A DNA stretch of 64,000 nt, taken from Nageia nagi. Taxonomy: Eukaryota; Plantae; Pinophyta. A program made the position numbers and the translations under genes. The notes under the pieces are model-generated. The model was not told the DNA's origin and did not search any database. It was given only the letters and a program-made list of their open reading frames with translations. This document shows positions 13,111-25,720 of the stretch, in pieces. The stretch is from positions 88,598,001 to 88,662,000 of the forward strand of contig JBITNC010000001.1 in NCBI GenBank assembly GCA_050084985.1, given 5' to 3'. Each line of letters starts with the position of its first letter. Position 1 is the stretch's first letter.

Positions 13111-16095
13111 TCTCTTGAAAACCTTGACAATATATTTAGATATCACCTACCAAGATTGGAATTTATTACACTCAAGGGCTATCTTCCACTCCTTCATGAA
13201 ATACATTGAGATTTAGTTCACTAGATACTATATTTGGGATTAGTTTTCTAAGGCTTCATAATACCTCCAATATCAACTCTATAGACATAGGTAATTTACA
13301 TCTTCATATCCAAATTCCCAATTATCCCTTCTTATTGAATCGAATTTGAATAGCTACTCAAAGATTATCAAGATAAGAAAATATGTATTTACCATTCCTT
13401 TCTCATAGGTTTGTTAATCTTTATATTACTATCATATTCATATATTTTAGGCATCATAGGCAATAAGCTACATAGTATGTTTGTAATATAAGTATATATA
13501 TCTTAGAAACACCATAACATCTAGTTAGGATTGCATTTTATCATTGATACCCACCTTAAGGTTTTTTATCAATTTCCATCTTTACCAATAATGACATCTT
13601 TAGGTGCATGTAATTTTTATTTTGTGGAACTAGTTTAAAATCCTCATGGACTACAAAATTATGCATAACTAAACTAAGATAAATACAAGGCATATCATCT
13701 TATGAATATGATAATACTTAACAAAATTTTATCATGAAATTGTAATACCCAATCCTTTCCTACCTATCAGATAATGCTCCTAACTTTATCAACTTAGGAT
13801 CTTCATGAGATCTTATATTCAAATTCATAAAAACTTCATTAAGGCAAGTTGGCTCATTACATAGCCAAGGAGGGATTAACAATGCACCTAGTCCTTCCAC
13901 ATGATTGGAATAAGTATGCCATACTTTTGAAAACTTTAGATATTAGCTACCTAATAGTAACCCTACTCCTACAGTTGAATTTTTGAAATGGGATTAATGT
14001 AGAAGGAAGGAACCTTATCTGGTCTCAACCTCAAATCCAAAATAGGATTAGGTTTGAAATTTTTTCCTTACCTTTCTTTTGGTATGAATTTTTGGAAACT
14101 TATTTCTTGTTCCTATACTATCTAGAGAATTACATCATCTATTTCAAATATACCCAAGTAAAAGCAACTTGATGAGAATTTGGTTATACACATTGAATCA
14201 CTCTCTAATCTACTAGTGTTAATATTGTCAACATTCATGAACTTATGCCTTGTTCTAGATCCTTTTTGTATCATAAGTTTTTAATATTTACACCATTCCT
14301 AATAGTTCATCCTTTGAATTTGAATTTTCACTTTATTACCCTAATCTCTTTGAATTTGAAGTAAAACTTGTCTCATTATTTATACCATGTCCTACCCTAC
14401 TTCTATTCTACACACCCATTATAGGTGGGCTCTTAAAATTTCATAAATGGATTCTATTCCTTGATAATTTTTTATGCAAGCTTCTCCTTTATACTTATTA
14501 ATTCCTAAGTAATTTGAAATAAAAGGTGTATTAATGAACATATCATTACTTACTTGGGATTGGTTTTTCTTTTTCTTCTTCTTTTTCCTCCTCTTCTATT
14601 TATGTCTAATGAATCATTCTTCCTCTATACTTGACCTTTCACCCTTAGAATCATCTGATGAACTCTTTTCATTATAAAGTACCTCTTAAAAATATTTTCA
14701 TTGACTTTACATACATGTACAACAAATTTTATTCCTCTAAGAGTATTTATGTTGGAGATCTTTTATCTAATATTAATTAAATTCATTAATTGAGTTTGTG
14801 ATATTTTAATCTTTAAATATTCACATTCCCATGTTAGTTTCTTCAATCTCAAGTTTATTTTTCTTTCCTTGTATTTCTTTTTTATTTTAATATAAGGGAT
14901 GAAAGTATATTCTACCTATACAATCATGCTCTCTAGAATATTTTCTATCTTGATTATGTAAACTTGTTTTTTTATTAAAACTTTAGGCATTTATACAAGG
15001 TTGAAGAAATTGCTCCCATGTTATGAATCTATGGTCTCCCTAATAAGATGTTATATGAATGTTTTTAATCCATAATATGTTTTTATTTACATAGTATTTA
15101 TTCTTACCTTTATTTGGAGATAAATGTAGCCAATAAATTATTTCATTAAACTCCTTAGGGAATTTGAGTTAGAAAACATTGATACCTAAACCAATATCAA
15201 CCAATTCTTCCTTTCAATTCTTCCCATTAATTTTTATATGTATGTACAATGTGAAGATACAATCTATGACCTCTTGTGAAGGTATCTTCATCATCAAATT
15301 GTACCATATGAACCTATATAAAAGACTTAAAACTATCTACAAATTCACTTATTGGTATGCTAGAATCAACAAGTTCACCATCTAATGGATTGAATAAAGC
15401 CTTTCTATGTCTATTAGATGTCATAATCAACTCATACATTCTAATCTTACATTGATTATTTTTCAATTGGTTAACATAGTCATATTTGAAATTTTCATTA
15501 GGAAGAGTATGAGATACATTACCTATAGTAATTATAGAAGGATTAGGAATACCTCTTTTCTTGATTCTTGTGGCCACATTGTACTCCTCTTCTAAATATG
15601 ATGAAGGGTCTTCTTCCTCTTTACCATGGATAACCATGTTAACCATATTAAATATTTTTTGAATATATTAATTGGAAAAAGGATTTATCATTTACCAATA
15701 TTTATATTCAAATATTCCAATAAAATATTTATTTCAATATTTTGTTTAAATACAAACAATTATTGCTATGATTACCAACTTTTACTTGATAATATGCACA
15801 AAATATTCCTAGCATATACCAACTAGGCATTTCCTCATTATATCTCATTTTTCCTTTAATCCTTTTAATTAAACCTTTTTTAAACAATATTTAAACATTT
15901 TTTTAATATAAATAGGAATATTTATGATGTTATTTATCTTTATCTTTTCTTAAGGTTTTTTATTATTGATCTTAGTTGCATTAACCTTTTTTTCTTCCTT
16001 CTTTTGGCATGTATTTTTAGGAAAATCTTTGCTTGAAGATGCATACTTGATTTTCCCTACTTGTACCATGTGTTTTTCCTTTTTGATGAGCATAC

Positions 16096-16295
16096 TATTG
16101 GAGAGAAGCCAAAAATTGATATTCCATTATTGAGAATTAAATACAATAGAGAGTGAGTTACATTCCTATAGAGATAATAGAATTACCCATAAACCCTAAT
16201 ATTAAAATATGAGACATTAGTATTAAGAATAATGTATTTATTAAAAATGTAGATACCTAAAATATCCATTATTATCTAATGTATTATTTCTAATA
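16096..16295 (-). repeat. Copia 3' LTR
   Basis: tattgga...ctaata; about 85-90% identical by eye to 20618-20821; adjacent to the PPT. Confidence 0.93.
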
Positions 16296-19200
16296 CTCCC
16301 CCATAATACATTAGATCTTTAGAGGACATGAGAGGAAGCTTTGAAAGTATTTAAATTTTCCACTATCAAGAGATTTGGTGAAGATATCTACAATTTGCTC
16401 TTTCATGGAAATGTACTAGAGCTAAATGTTATGTAATGAAACATGATCCTGAATGAAGTGCACTTGTATTTCAATGTATTTGGTGTGATTATGAAAATAA
16501 TGATTTCATACTAGTTTCAATACGCCTTGATTATCGTAATGCATAACTATAGTTTGTGTTTGTAGAATTCCAATATCTATCAAAACACAAAGTAACCATA
16601 CTGGTTCATAAATAGTATCTCCTATAGAATGATATTTTGACTCTATGGTAGATTTGGATGTGATGCTTTACTTCTTAATACCCCATGAAATTGGTCTAGA
16701 TCCAAGGAAGAACACATATCCTATCATCGATCTTCTAGCATCCCAGGATCCTCCATAATCTACATCCATGTATCTAGACAAGATGAACTTATTATTCTTC
16801 TTATGCTTTAGGCCATAATAATTAGTGCCATGGATGTACCTCAAAACATGCTTTACTACAATCTAGTGGGCCTTCTTTGTTTCATACATAAATCTTGAAA
16901 GATAGCTAATGACATATCAAATATCTAGCCTAGTGTATGCTAGGTAAATTAACCCTCCAATTAGTTGATGGTAGAGAGTTGAATCTATCAATAGAGAACA
17001 ATCATGGCATGAAAAATGCAAAATAGGTTCAATTGGCATGGATATTGTATTGCATTATGTCATCTTTAATTTCTCCAATAGCTTCTTATTGTACTACATA
17101 TATGAAACAAATATATGGTCTTACATCTACCAGACCTCTAATCCAAGGTAATAATGAAGTATTTAACCAAGGTTTATCATTTGACCTCTAATACAAGGTA
17201 ATAATGAGGTTTATCATGTTGAATGATCATTTTAGGTCATATTTACAAGATAGGATCAACTTTTGAGTACTTCCTATGATAACCAGATCATCAACATAAA
17301 CTACAACTATGACAATCTCTCCCCCATGTTGCTGAAGGTAGAGGTTAGGATCATATGGAATCCTCTTGAAGTCATGTTATAGTAGATGGGAATCAATTTT
17401 CATATATAAAGGTTGAGGAGCCTATTTCAAACCATACAAAGACTTGATCAATATACACACTTTTAATTTTCTTGGATCAATCATAAATCCTTCAGGTTGC
17501 TGCATGTAAACTTCTTCTTCTAAGTCTCCATTTAGGAAGGAATTTTTCACATCCATTTGATGGAATTTCCATCCAAATTGTGTTATCATCACAAAAGTAA
17601 TTTTGATGGTATTCATTTTAGCTATGGGAGAAAAAGTATCATAATTGATACCTTCCTATTGAGCATACCCTTTGGTAATGATTCAATCCTTGTACTTTTC
17701 AAGTGTACCATCAGCTTTGTACTTGGGTTTGAACACCCATTTACATCCAATAACCTTCTTCCTTGGTGAAAGATCTACCAACTTCCATGTGCCATTTTTC
17801 GTCAATGCATCATACTTAGCCTACAAGGTTGACTTTTAATGCAATAGCTTAATAGCTTCATGAACCATATTAGGTCTAGGTGTATTTACAACTATGTTCA
17901 TCAGTGCCAAATTCACTTCTTCATGAGCCATACTTTGTGTCCTTGGTATAGAAGTCAAAGTATCTAGTGGAGTACTTAAATTTAAATCCTATAGTGTATT
18001 TTGGTACCACTTAAGTCTTTGAGGTGGCAAATTGATTACTAGAGCTTCTCTCTCATCATCATAATTGATTATGTAGCCACTCTTAGGTTTAGGAACCTCT
18101 ATAGGTGGACTAATTGAAGAATCATCAATCTCATAAAATATTACATCTCTACTAATATAAGTATTTTAAGTAGTAGTATATATGACTCTATAGGATTTGG
18201 ATTCATTGTTGTACCAAAGAAGAATGCATCTCTTTGATTTGTCATCAATATTCTTCCTTTTCTCCTTAGGAATGTGCATGTAGGTAGTACAACCAAACAC
18301 TCAAAGATGTTATATATCTAGTTGCTCTCCTAGCCATGATTCTTTAAGTGTCATCCCATCAAGAGCTTTTATGTATGCCCTATTCAATAGATATGTGGTA
18401 GTATTCACTAATTTAACCAAAAATATCCCATCCATTTTTGTATCTTTTAGCATATTTCTTGCTATTTACATAATGGTTCGATTTTGTCATTCACAAACTC
18501 CATTTTGCTATGGTGTGTAGGATGTGGTCAGCTATCACCAAATTCCATGCTACTTCAAAAATGCAAAAAACTCATTTGATAAGTATTCCCCCCCTTGATT
18601 TAAGTAGAGAACATTTATGTGATGAGAAGTTTGTTTCTCCATGAGTGCCTTAAATTCCTTGAAGTAGGGAAATGTTTGATCTTTTGTCTTCAAGAAATAC
18701 ACCCACATTTTTCTAGAGTAATCATCAATAAATAACAAGAAGTATCTGAGTCTAGAAATACTAGCCTATATGGGATAGCATAGATTAGTATGGATCATAT
18801 CAATAGGTCCTTTAGCAAGATGTGTGTTATCATCAAACAAGATTCTATGCTATTTTGTTGCTATACAAGTACAACAAACATTAGTAAAAGAAGAGAAGGA
18901 AGACCATGTACCATATCCTTTTTTCAAAAAGTGATTAGGTAGTTTGGATTCATGTGTATGAATCTATGGTGCTGAAGAGTGGTGACATTCAAAACATGAA
19001 CATTGAGTTCCTAGTTTTTGAAAGCCACAACATCAAGCAGAAACATTCTCCCAATTCCTTTTGCTTTTGCTACAATTTGGCATCCTTTGGACTTATCACA
19101 AATGAAGCAAACCTTTTCTCCTTTCATGGTATCAAACTCCACTTTCATATTTTTTTCTAACATTTGGGTAACTGATAGGATGTTCTTTTTTATCTTTAGC

Positions 19201-20617
19201 ATATACAAGACCTCTTTGAACTGATAGTTATTCTTTCCAAGTCAGCCATGAACATCACCCCTACCTTCAATTTCATGGGATGTATCATCACACAATTAAA
19301 CTTGAAAAGGATTTGCATTATCATACAAGGAAAAAAACCAATCCTTTCAGCCATACATGTTATTGGAAGCACCAAAATAAATATACCAATTGGAGGAGAC
19401 TGATGGTTCTCTTGATGAATAAAATCAAGATCGCTAACATATTCAATAACTTGATCAACATTAATGACAACATTGTCCTAATGTTTCCTTCATTAAGGTC
19501 ATATTTGTTTTGACTCCCCTTGATTCTAAGGGTTTTTCCCTTTTTTATTTTTTATTCTTATTGCTCAAAGAGCCTTGAGCAAAATAATTGTATGAATAAT
19601 CTTGTAATTCATTCCCTTTCTTACCACAAATCATGTAACTTTTCTTTTGCTTATCATTGGATTGCTAAGTCTCCAACTACAAATAGTTGATCTATGGTAT
19701 TATATGTTGGGTTTACTATTGATTTCCTTCATTCCATTATTATAAAATTCTCATTTTCACAACAATGTTATAGTGGATGATAGTATTTAGTGAGAGGAAA
19801 CATACATGCTGAGGCTATGAGTGAGTCAAGTGTTGGGTGGAGGAGAATGGATCATTTCCTAGTGTTCTATGGACTTTGTAGGACATTAGTAGGCTATTTG
19901 GAAAATAAGGGGTGGAATCTATTGCATTGCTATTTCAAAGGCTAACTAGTAGCATAGTGATATGAATATCACACTCAACAAACAAGCATAGCTAGGCTAG
20001 AAGTTAGCATGCTAAGAAACATTTTTTCTTTTTGCTGGAGACTATGATCGAGGGAAGTGAGGAGATAGGTTTTGGATGGAAAGAGAACACACATGGTTCA
20101 AAATGGAGGATAGCCCTAGGGAAGCCCTATTTGCTGCATTTTAAAATAGATGCACACTACTTTCATTGGGTATGCATGCAGTCTTGGCAAGAAAATAGTA
20201 GGCACTTGCTATTGGATCTTTGTTGGACATGATTTGGTTGGGTTTCTCATGTGGTGGAGGTTCTTTTTGCATGGGCATAGATTGAATATGATTATGAAGG
20301 AGAATATTTTACTAGGTAGGAAAATTCTTCAAAATTTCAATGTGTCTTCAAAGTCTACAAACTACTCTCTCTAGTTTTCAAACTCTATTTCATAGAATGG
20401 TTGCAATGAAGATTATCAGAGGTTGGGAGGGAGGGAGAGATCAATATATCTTCTCCTCTGTTTCTCTCAAATCTTGATCATAGAATTGCTATGACTCAAG
20501 GATCTTCTTTGTACTTCACTTTCTCAACACAATTAACCCTAAACTATGGAAAGCAACCATAGCTTCATTGGGAGATTGAGCAGAGCAGGAAGATAATGCA
20601 ATTTTTCTTTGATACCA

Positions 20618-20821
20618 TATTGGATATAAATCATAAATTAATATTCCATTATTGAGAAGGGTTTAAATACAATATATAGGGAGTTACATTCTCATAGAGA
20701 TAATGAAATTACCCATAAAATCTATTATAAAAATATGAGACATTAGTATAAACACTAATGTATTTATTAAACATGTAGATACCTAAAGTATCCACTATTA
20801 TCTAATGTATCATTTATAATA
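20618..20821 (-). repeat. Copia 5' LTR
   Basis: tattgga...ataata; adjacent to the PBS. Confidence 0.93.
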
Positions 20822-21640
20822 CATACAAGTCATATCCATGATGGATCCTTCATGTAATCAATGGTAGTAAATTTAAAAAGAGGCATAATATTTTCTATGA
20901 AAAGTTTTGATATGTTATTTTTTGAAAGGGAAGCATCCAATGGTCTCCATATCTTTTAAAATATTGGCATAAATATTTTTAATCTTTCATTTTCTCCTTT
21001 ATTAAAATATATTATATATCAAGCTAAGATTCCTTTGAATATTACATTTGAAATGAATCTTGAATAGTTTCCTTATATGAGAATATGAAGTGATAGATCT
21101 TGGATCGAAAGTATACAATCATTTTCTTGCTTCATCAGTAAGGCTAAAAGGAAAATACATGGATTTTAAATTGTTGTTTATCCTAAATTTGACCTCCATA
21201 ATATATTCAAATACTTATAGCTACACATTATGGTATCCTTCTCTATTTAATTTTTCAAGCTTTGTTTCTTTTTTTGAGTTGAGAAGAGTGTTTCAAATTT
21301 TTTCACTCAAAGAATTTCATTTTTCTTCCTAAACTTATCCTCCCATATTTTGGCATATACCATTGATATTATTTCACATCATATTTTTTAATGTTATATC
21401 CTTCTTGAGGATAATCATTAATTCTTCTAGTAGTGTTGGGTATATAGTTTTGAAGTTCATTTATGAACTCGGCTTTAAGAATTACTTGCATATTGTTAAA
21501 TCTTTCCATTTCAATCACACTGATCATAAGATTTAATAATTAAATTCTTCAAAAAATACTAATATTTTTGGATGATAATAATATAAAAATTTATACATCA
21601 ATATTTATCAAGCCCTAATTTAAAATTTGAAAATGAAAGA

Positions 21641-21653
21641 GTCAGGTTCACTA
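21641..21653 (-). other. Primer-binding site remnant, tRNA-Trp type
   Basis: Plus-strand gtcaggttcacta matches the plant tRNA-Trp 3' end GTCGGGTTCACCA with two transitions and lies 3 nt from the LTR end tgtaga. Confidence 0.65.
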
Positions 21654-23128
21654 ATATGTAGATGATAAAATGCAACCCTAAATTAGAGGTGTTATTGAAT
21701 AAAATGCATCTACTTAAATTAAGAACAGTACTATGGAGACTATGACCTTTGATTATTCATATAATAAATAAATTGTATATATTTTAAATAATAAATAAAT
21801 AAGTAATAATAAAATTAGATCTAACAAGTTACGAAACCCATGAGAAAGTGTTGAGAAAGATAAATACCTATTCATTTACCATGATGACTATGAATAGATG
21901 CTTACATTGAATCTTATATACAAAGATAATGTGGGATATGAATGTGAGAACCAAAAATATATTATTTTATGGAGCATTTACATTGAGAATAAATGCATCC
22001 TAATGTTAACATTGAGATCATAGAGTTAGATTGAACAATCCTAAATCTAATAGTAGTATAATAATAAGTAAGCCTAGCCTAGCACGTATAACAAATTAAT
22101 GATAGATAGTTTTTGAGTGCAACAAATCCCAATCTTTATAGGTGAAATTGAGAGACATGGTAATCATTTTTAGAGTATATGCAAGGTCCTATCAAGATGA
22201 ATACTTGATATTCATCCCATACATATATTGATCAATTTTATAATCACAAGATACACCATATATAATTATTATCAAATAACATCAATGCTTATGATACCTT
22301 ACACAAATAAAGAGAAACATGCATAATATATTATTTATTTTAACCCTTAATGATCATAAAAAATATATATAACATTAAAATATATTAAAATATCTTAAGG
22401 ATCATATGAGAAATAGTTTGGGCCCAAAAAGGGGTTTCATATTAGGTATCAATAGTAAAATATATTATACTATATTTTTCATACTCTTTGCATCCTAATT
22501 TACTATATTTATTCATCTAATTTTATTTTAAAAATATATATTTTTCCCATTCCCAATATTCCATCTCAAATATTACATATTTTTTCTATATTTCTACTAA
22601 TCCCCTTCCAAATAGTTGATCCTTTTGGAACTTGATCTATTGAAAAAATACACTATTCCTACACATTATTGATATTTTATTTTATTATTATCTTTTTCCA
22701 TGGTTTACTATATTCTTTATAGATTCCCATATTAGTTATATTGACATTTAAAATTATTATAATAAACCAATTTATTCTAAATGTGCAAAAAATAATAAAG
22801 GATTAAAATAAGGAGAAGACTATCTTGCAACTAAATTCACATATATACACTAAAGGTATATGTATAACCTCATCACTGTTCATCATACAATTTGCTACCA
22901 TATTGACACTCATCTATATATGCCCAAAATGTATGATGATATACATCCAAGGTATATTTTATAGAGTATACAAAATTTAAAACTTTCATTACATGTTGTT
23001 TCTGACTCAATGGTATATTGGTTAATGTACTACACCCAAAAACTATTGACTTGTGTTCGAATCTTGCCCATGCTTTTTGCATTTACACTTAGAAATTTTT
23101 AGTTCCATGTTTTTGCATATTTTCAAAT

Positions 23129-23272
23129 AGATATATGCCCTAAATTTATGCATTAAATTGATATAATCCCATAATTTATGCATTCAATTGATATACATCC
23201 AAAATATATGCATTCAATTTATATACACCCAAAATATATGCATAAACCTCATATACATCCATAATATATCTA
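23129..23272. repeat. ~30-bp minisatellite, about 5 degenerate units
   Basis: Units resembling atatacatccaaaatatatgcattcaattg in tandem. Confidence 0.8.
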
Positions 23273-24329
23273 GCATCACAACCACATCACTGCTCTACCC
23301 TACTCCACTCCACTTGTTCTGCTTTCTTGTAGATATTCTTTGGGTATATATATGCAAATTTGGTTGAAGAATAATCTTCTCCTTAAAATAAAGGATGGAA
23401 TAATCTTTAATGTAGCAAGATAATAATCACAATAACTTGAAATATGAGATATGGAGATTGTACCAAATTGATATATAGATGATTAGATTAAACCTTAGAC
23501 CTAATACTATTGAGAGATATATTAGAGGAGATATACATATCACCTTAGTTAGATAATCAACTACATGTGTTGGTGTAATCTTGTCTTAGTTGAAAACCCC
23601 TATTTATGAAATACAAATGTAATATAATTAGATTACTTAGTCATGTTGTTGTTTAATATCAATGCTAGTCAACCCATGGATCAATCCTCATAACCAAGAT
23701 CTATAGAAAAATATAATATTGACAAAACTAACCTAAAATATAATAGTGAAAAAATGAATGATAAGATATTGTGTGGTATCAAAGATCTCAATCTCAATAG
23801 GTGATATTGAGGAAAACCTAAGATGTGTACATGATCCTATAAAGATAAGGATATACTAATCATACTATGTAAATATTTCCCCTTTTTATAGTAAAGTGAA
23901 CCTCCATAATGCACATCTAGAATCCAATGTCAATACTAGGCCCTTGCATGATAAAAGATAAAAAAAAATGAGATAGGAATTAAGTTGGGTAATATGATAA
24001 TAAAATAAGATATATAATCGAAATAGCATATATTATCAATTATATAATATGATAACTAATTTAAATAAGGTTATAAAACTTAGTTTCAGTAAGTTTAACT
24101 ATAAATTATTTATTCACTAATGAAAGCAAATTTATCCCAAACCCTTTAGCATTAAAAGGATTATAAATTAAGTCCTAATTCACCAAATTCCATCTTTTGT
24201 AATTCTTTGTTTCACTTCATAGAAAGGAATATATCATTTGAGCTATTTATTTTTAATTCATACGATGAGAGTTAGAACATACATACATACATATATTCAT
24301 ACATATACATATATGTATATGTATAATGA

Positions 24330-24720
24330 TAATCACATACCTTTCAACCTTCAAGATTGAATTAAAATCTTAACTTATTGTACCAAAGTTAATTAAAGTA
24401 TCATCCAAAGAATAAAGGTAAACCAAGATATACTAATGAAATGTATGCCTCCATGATTCAAAGAGGTGTATGAATTTAGGATTGAATTCTTACTTATATG
24501 TTAGTGAAGAATAATTTTAACTTATCTTTATTAATCCTTTGCTCGTAGATGTCTTCATGAATTACTAAAATCTTATTAATGGACTTAACCTTTGATATAA
24601 ATATCTTAGTGATAGGAAAAGTATCATAACTAAATTATTGATGTGATGAATTGATAGTAAGGGATATTTTGATCTATTATAAAATCCTATTCTTTATTGG
24701 TTTGAAAACTAATCTTCTAA
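24330..24720 (-). mobile_element. Possible L1 ORF1 remnant
   Basis: Minus-strand EFNPK followed by LGLPLFFG (similar to W-x-P-x-FNP ... LPGLPLEFW); very decayed. Confidence 0.35.
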
Positions 24721-25123
24721 GGTGGGGCTAGTGGAGGGAAAACTAAATGTCATAAATTGACCTTAGGAAGTGAAAGAAGGGATTTGAGAGGGCCCAAAAA
24801 ATGATGTAGACTTTGGATGTGAATCTTCTTATGTAAAATCTAAGAGGTAGGATAAAGGTGGTAATAATCACAATGTTGAAAAATTATGAGGATTATGATG
24901 ATGATACAATGAATGGCTAAGGGTTATTTTGAAATGCATGATTAGACTTCAAGGAGTTATTTCCTTGATTATTATGAGTGGATTATTGGAAAATTATGCC
25001 AAAATAGGGAGAGTATAGGGAGATAATATTGGTTTATCTCTAAGGTATTGAATGTAATGAGAATGCATAACCATTAATTTGGGGTATTTTCCTTCATACC
25101 CATTCTCTATATGTTTAAGCTTT

Positions 25124-25720
25124 ATGAAGATGGTATATGTATCATATTGTATTAAGTTGATTGTATTACAAATGGATGAGAGGAAGAGGCAAATGTTTGA
25201 CAAGGTGATTTGGTTTAAGTATCTCAACCTATTCCAATAGGTATATGAGAACTTGGGCTTTAATTTGTCATTACCCTAGGATGATGGTAATGTTTAAGAT
25301 GATGTGGTTTCATTTACAATCAATCATGAACTCCTCACTATAATTTTTGGATTTCCATTCATTGATAATGTGGGAGAAACATTCATTGATAATTGAGTTG
25401 AAATTATTTAAAGGGAAAGTATAATGTATAGAATATCTAAAGAGGAATTAATTAGGATTTTATATCCTTAAAATGGAAGAGTGTGATCATTGTTATCATG
25501 CAATATATCACATTAGACAAACACTTCCTTATCTTGAAGAGTTTTCACTTTCCATTGTTGAATATATTTAAGAGGTATAAGGAAATCAATATCCCATTTT
25601 ATTTTTTTGACTTGATCCAAAAATTGATAATAGATCTAAAATAGGGTTAGATAGTAGGGCCTCTACATCAAGGGATTTTTTGTTCACTATTCAATCATGT
25701 AGAATTACCTCAAAAAATGG
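25124..25720 (+). pseudogene. Decayed transposon-associated ORF (PLHQG family), copy 2
   Basis: QMFDKVIWFKYLNLF...LP*DDGNV...SFTINHELL...KWKSVIIVIMQYITLDKHF...HFPLLNIF...INIPFYF...GPLHQGIF; colinear with 5809-6450. Confidence 0.65.

Larger units (their letters stand above)
16096..20821 (-). mobile_element. Ty1/Copia LTR retrotransposon, structurally complete but decayed (gag apparently partly deleted)
   Basis: Paired ~200-bp LTRs; exact TSD catac (16091-16095 and 20822-20826); Met-type PBS remnant ctttgatacca (to 20617); PPT ctccccc at 16296; INT FIDDYSRKMWVYFLKTKD; [28 protein letters not shown]; RNase H TKYIEIQVHFI; Copia domain order. Confidence 0.96.
13130..22445 (-). mobile_element. Old Ogre/Tat-like Ty3/Gypsy element (5' LTR, gag, protease, RT remnants), 3' truncated and interrupted by a Copia
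   Basis: gag MYFPFSLTDEARK*LYTFDPRSITSY (~21080-21170); YDYVNQLKNNQCKIRMYELIMTSNRHRKAL (ORF 15314-15646); protease SYNILLGRP*IHNMGAISSTLYKCLKF (~14980-15065); RT start YS*DDMPCI...MHLKMSLLVKMEI (~13570-13715); LTR inner end tgtaga at 21657, outer end only approximate. Confidence 0.8.

Noticed and set aside
23773-23785. tggtatcaaag resembling a Met PBS
   Set aside because: No LTR end before it and no gag after it.
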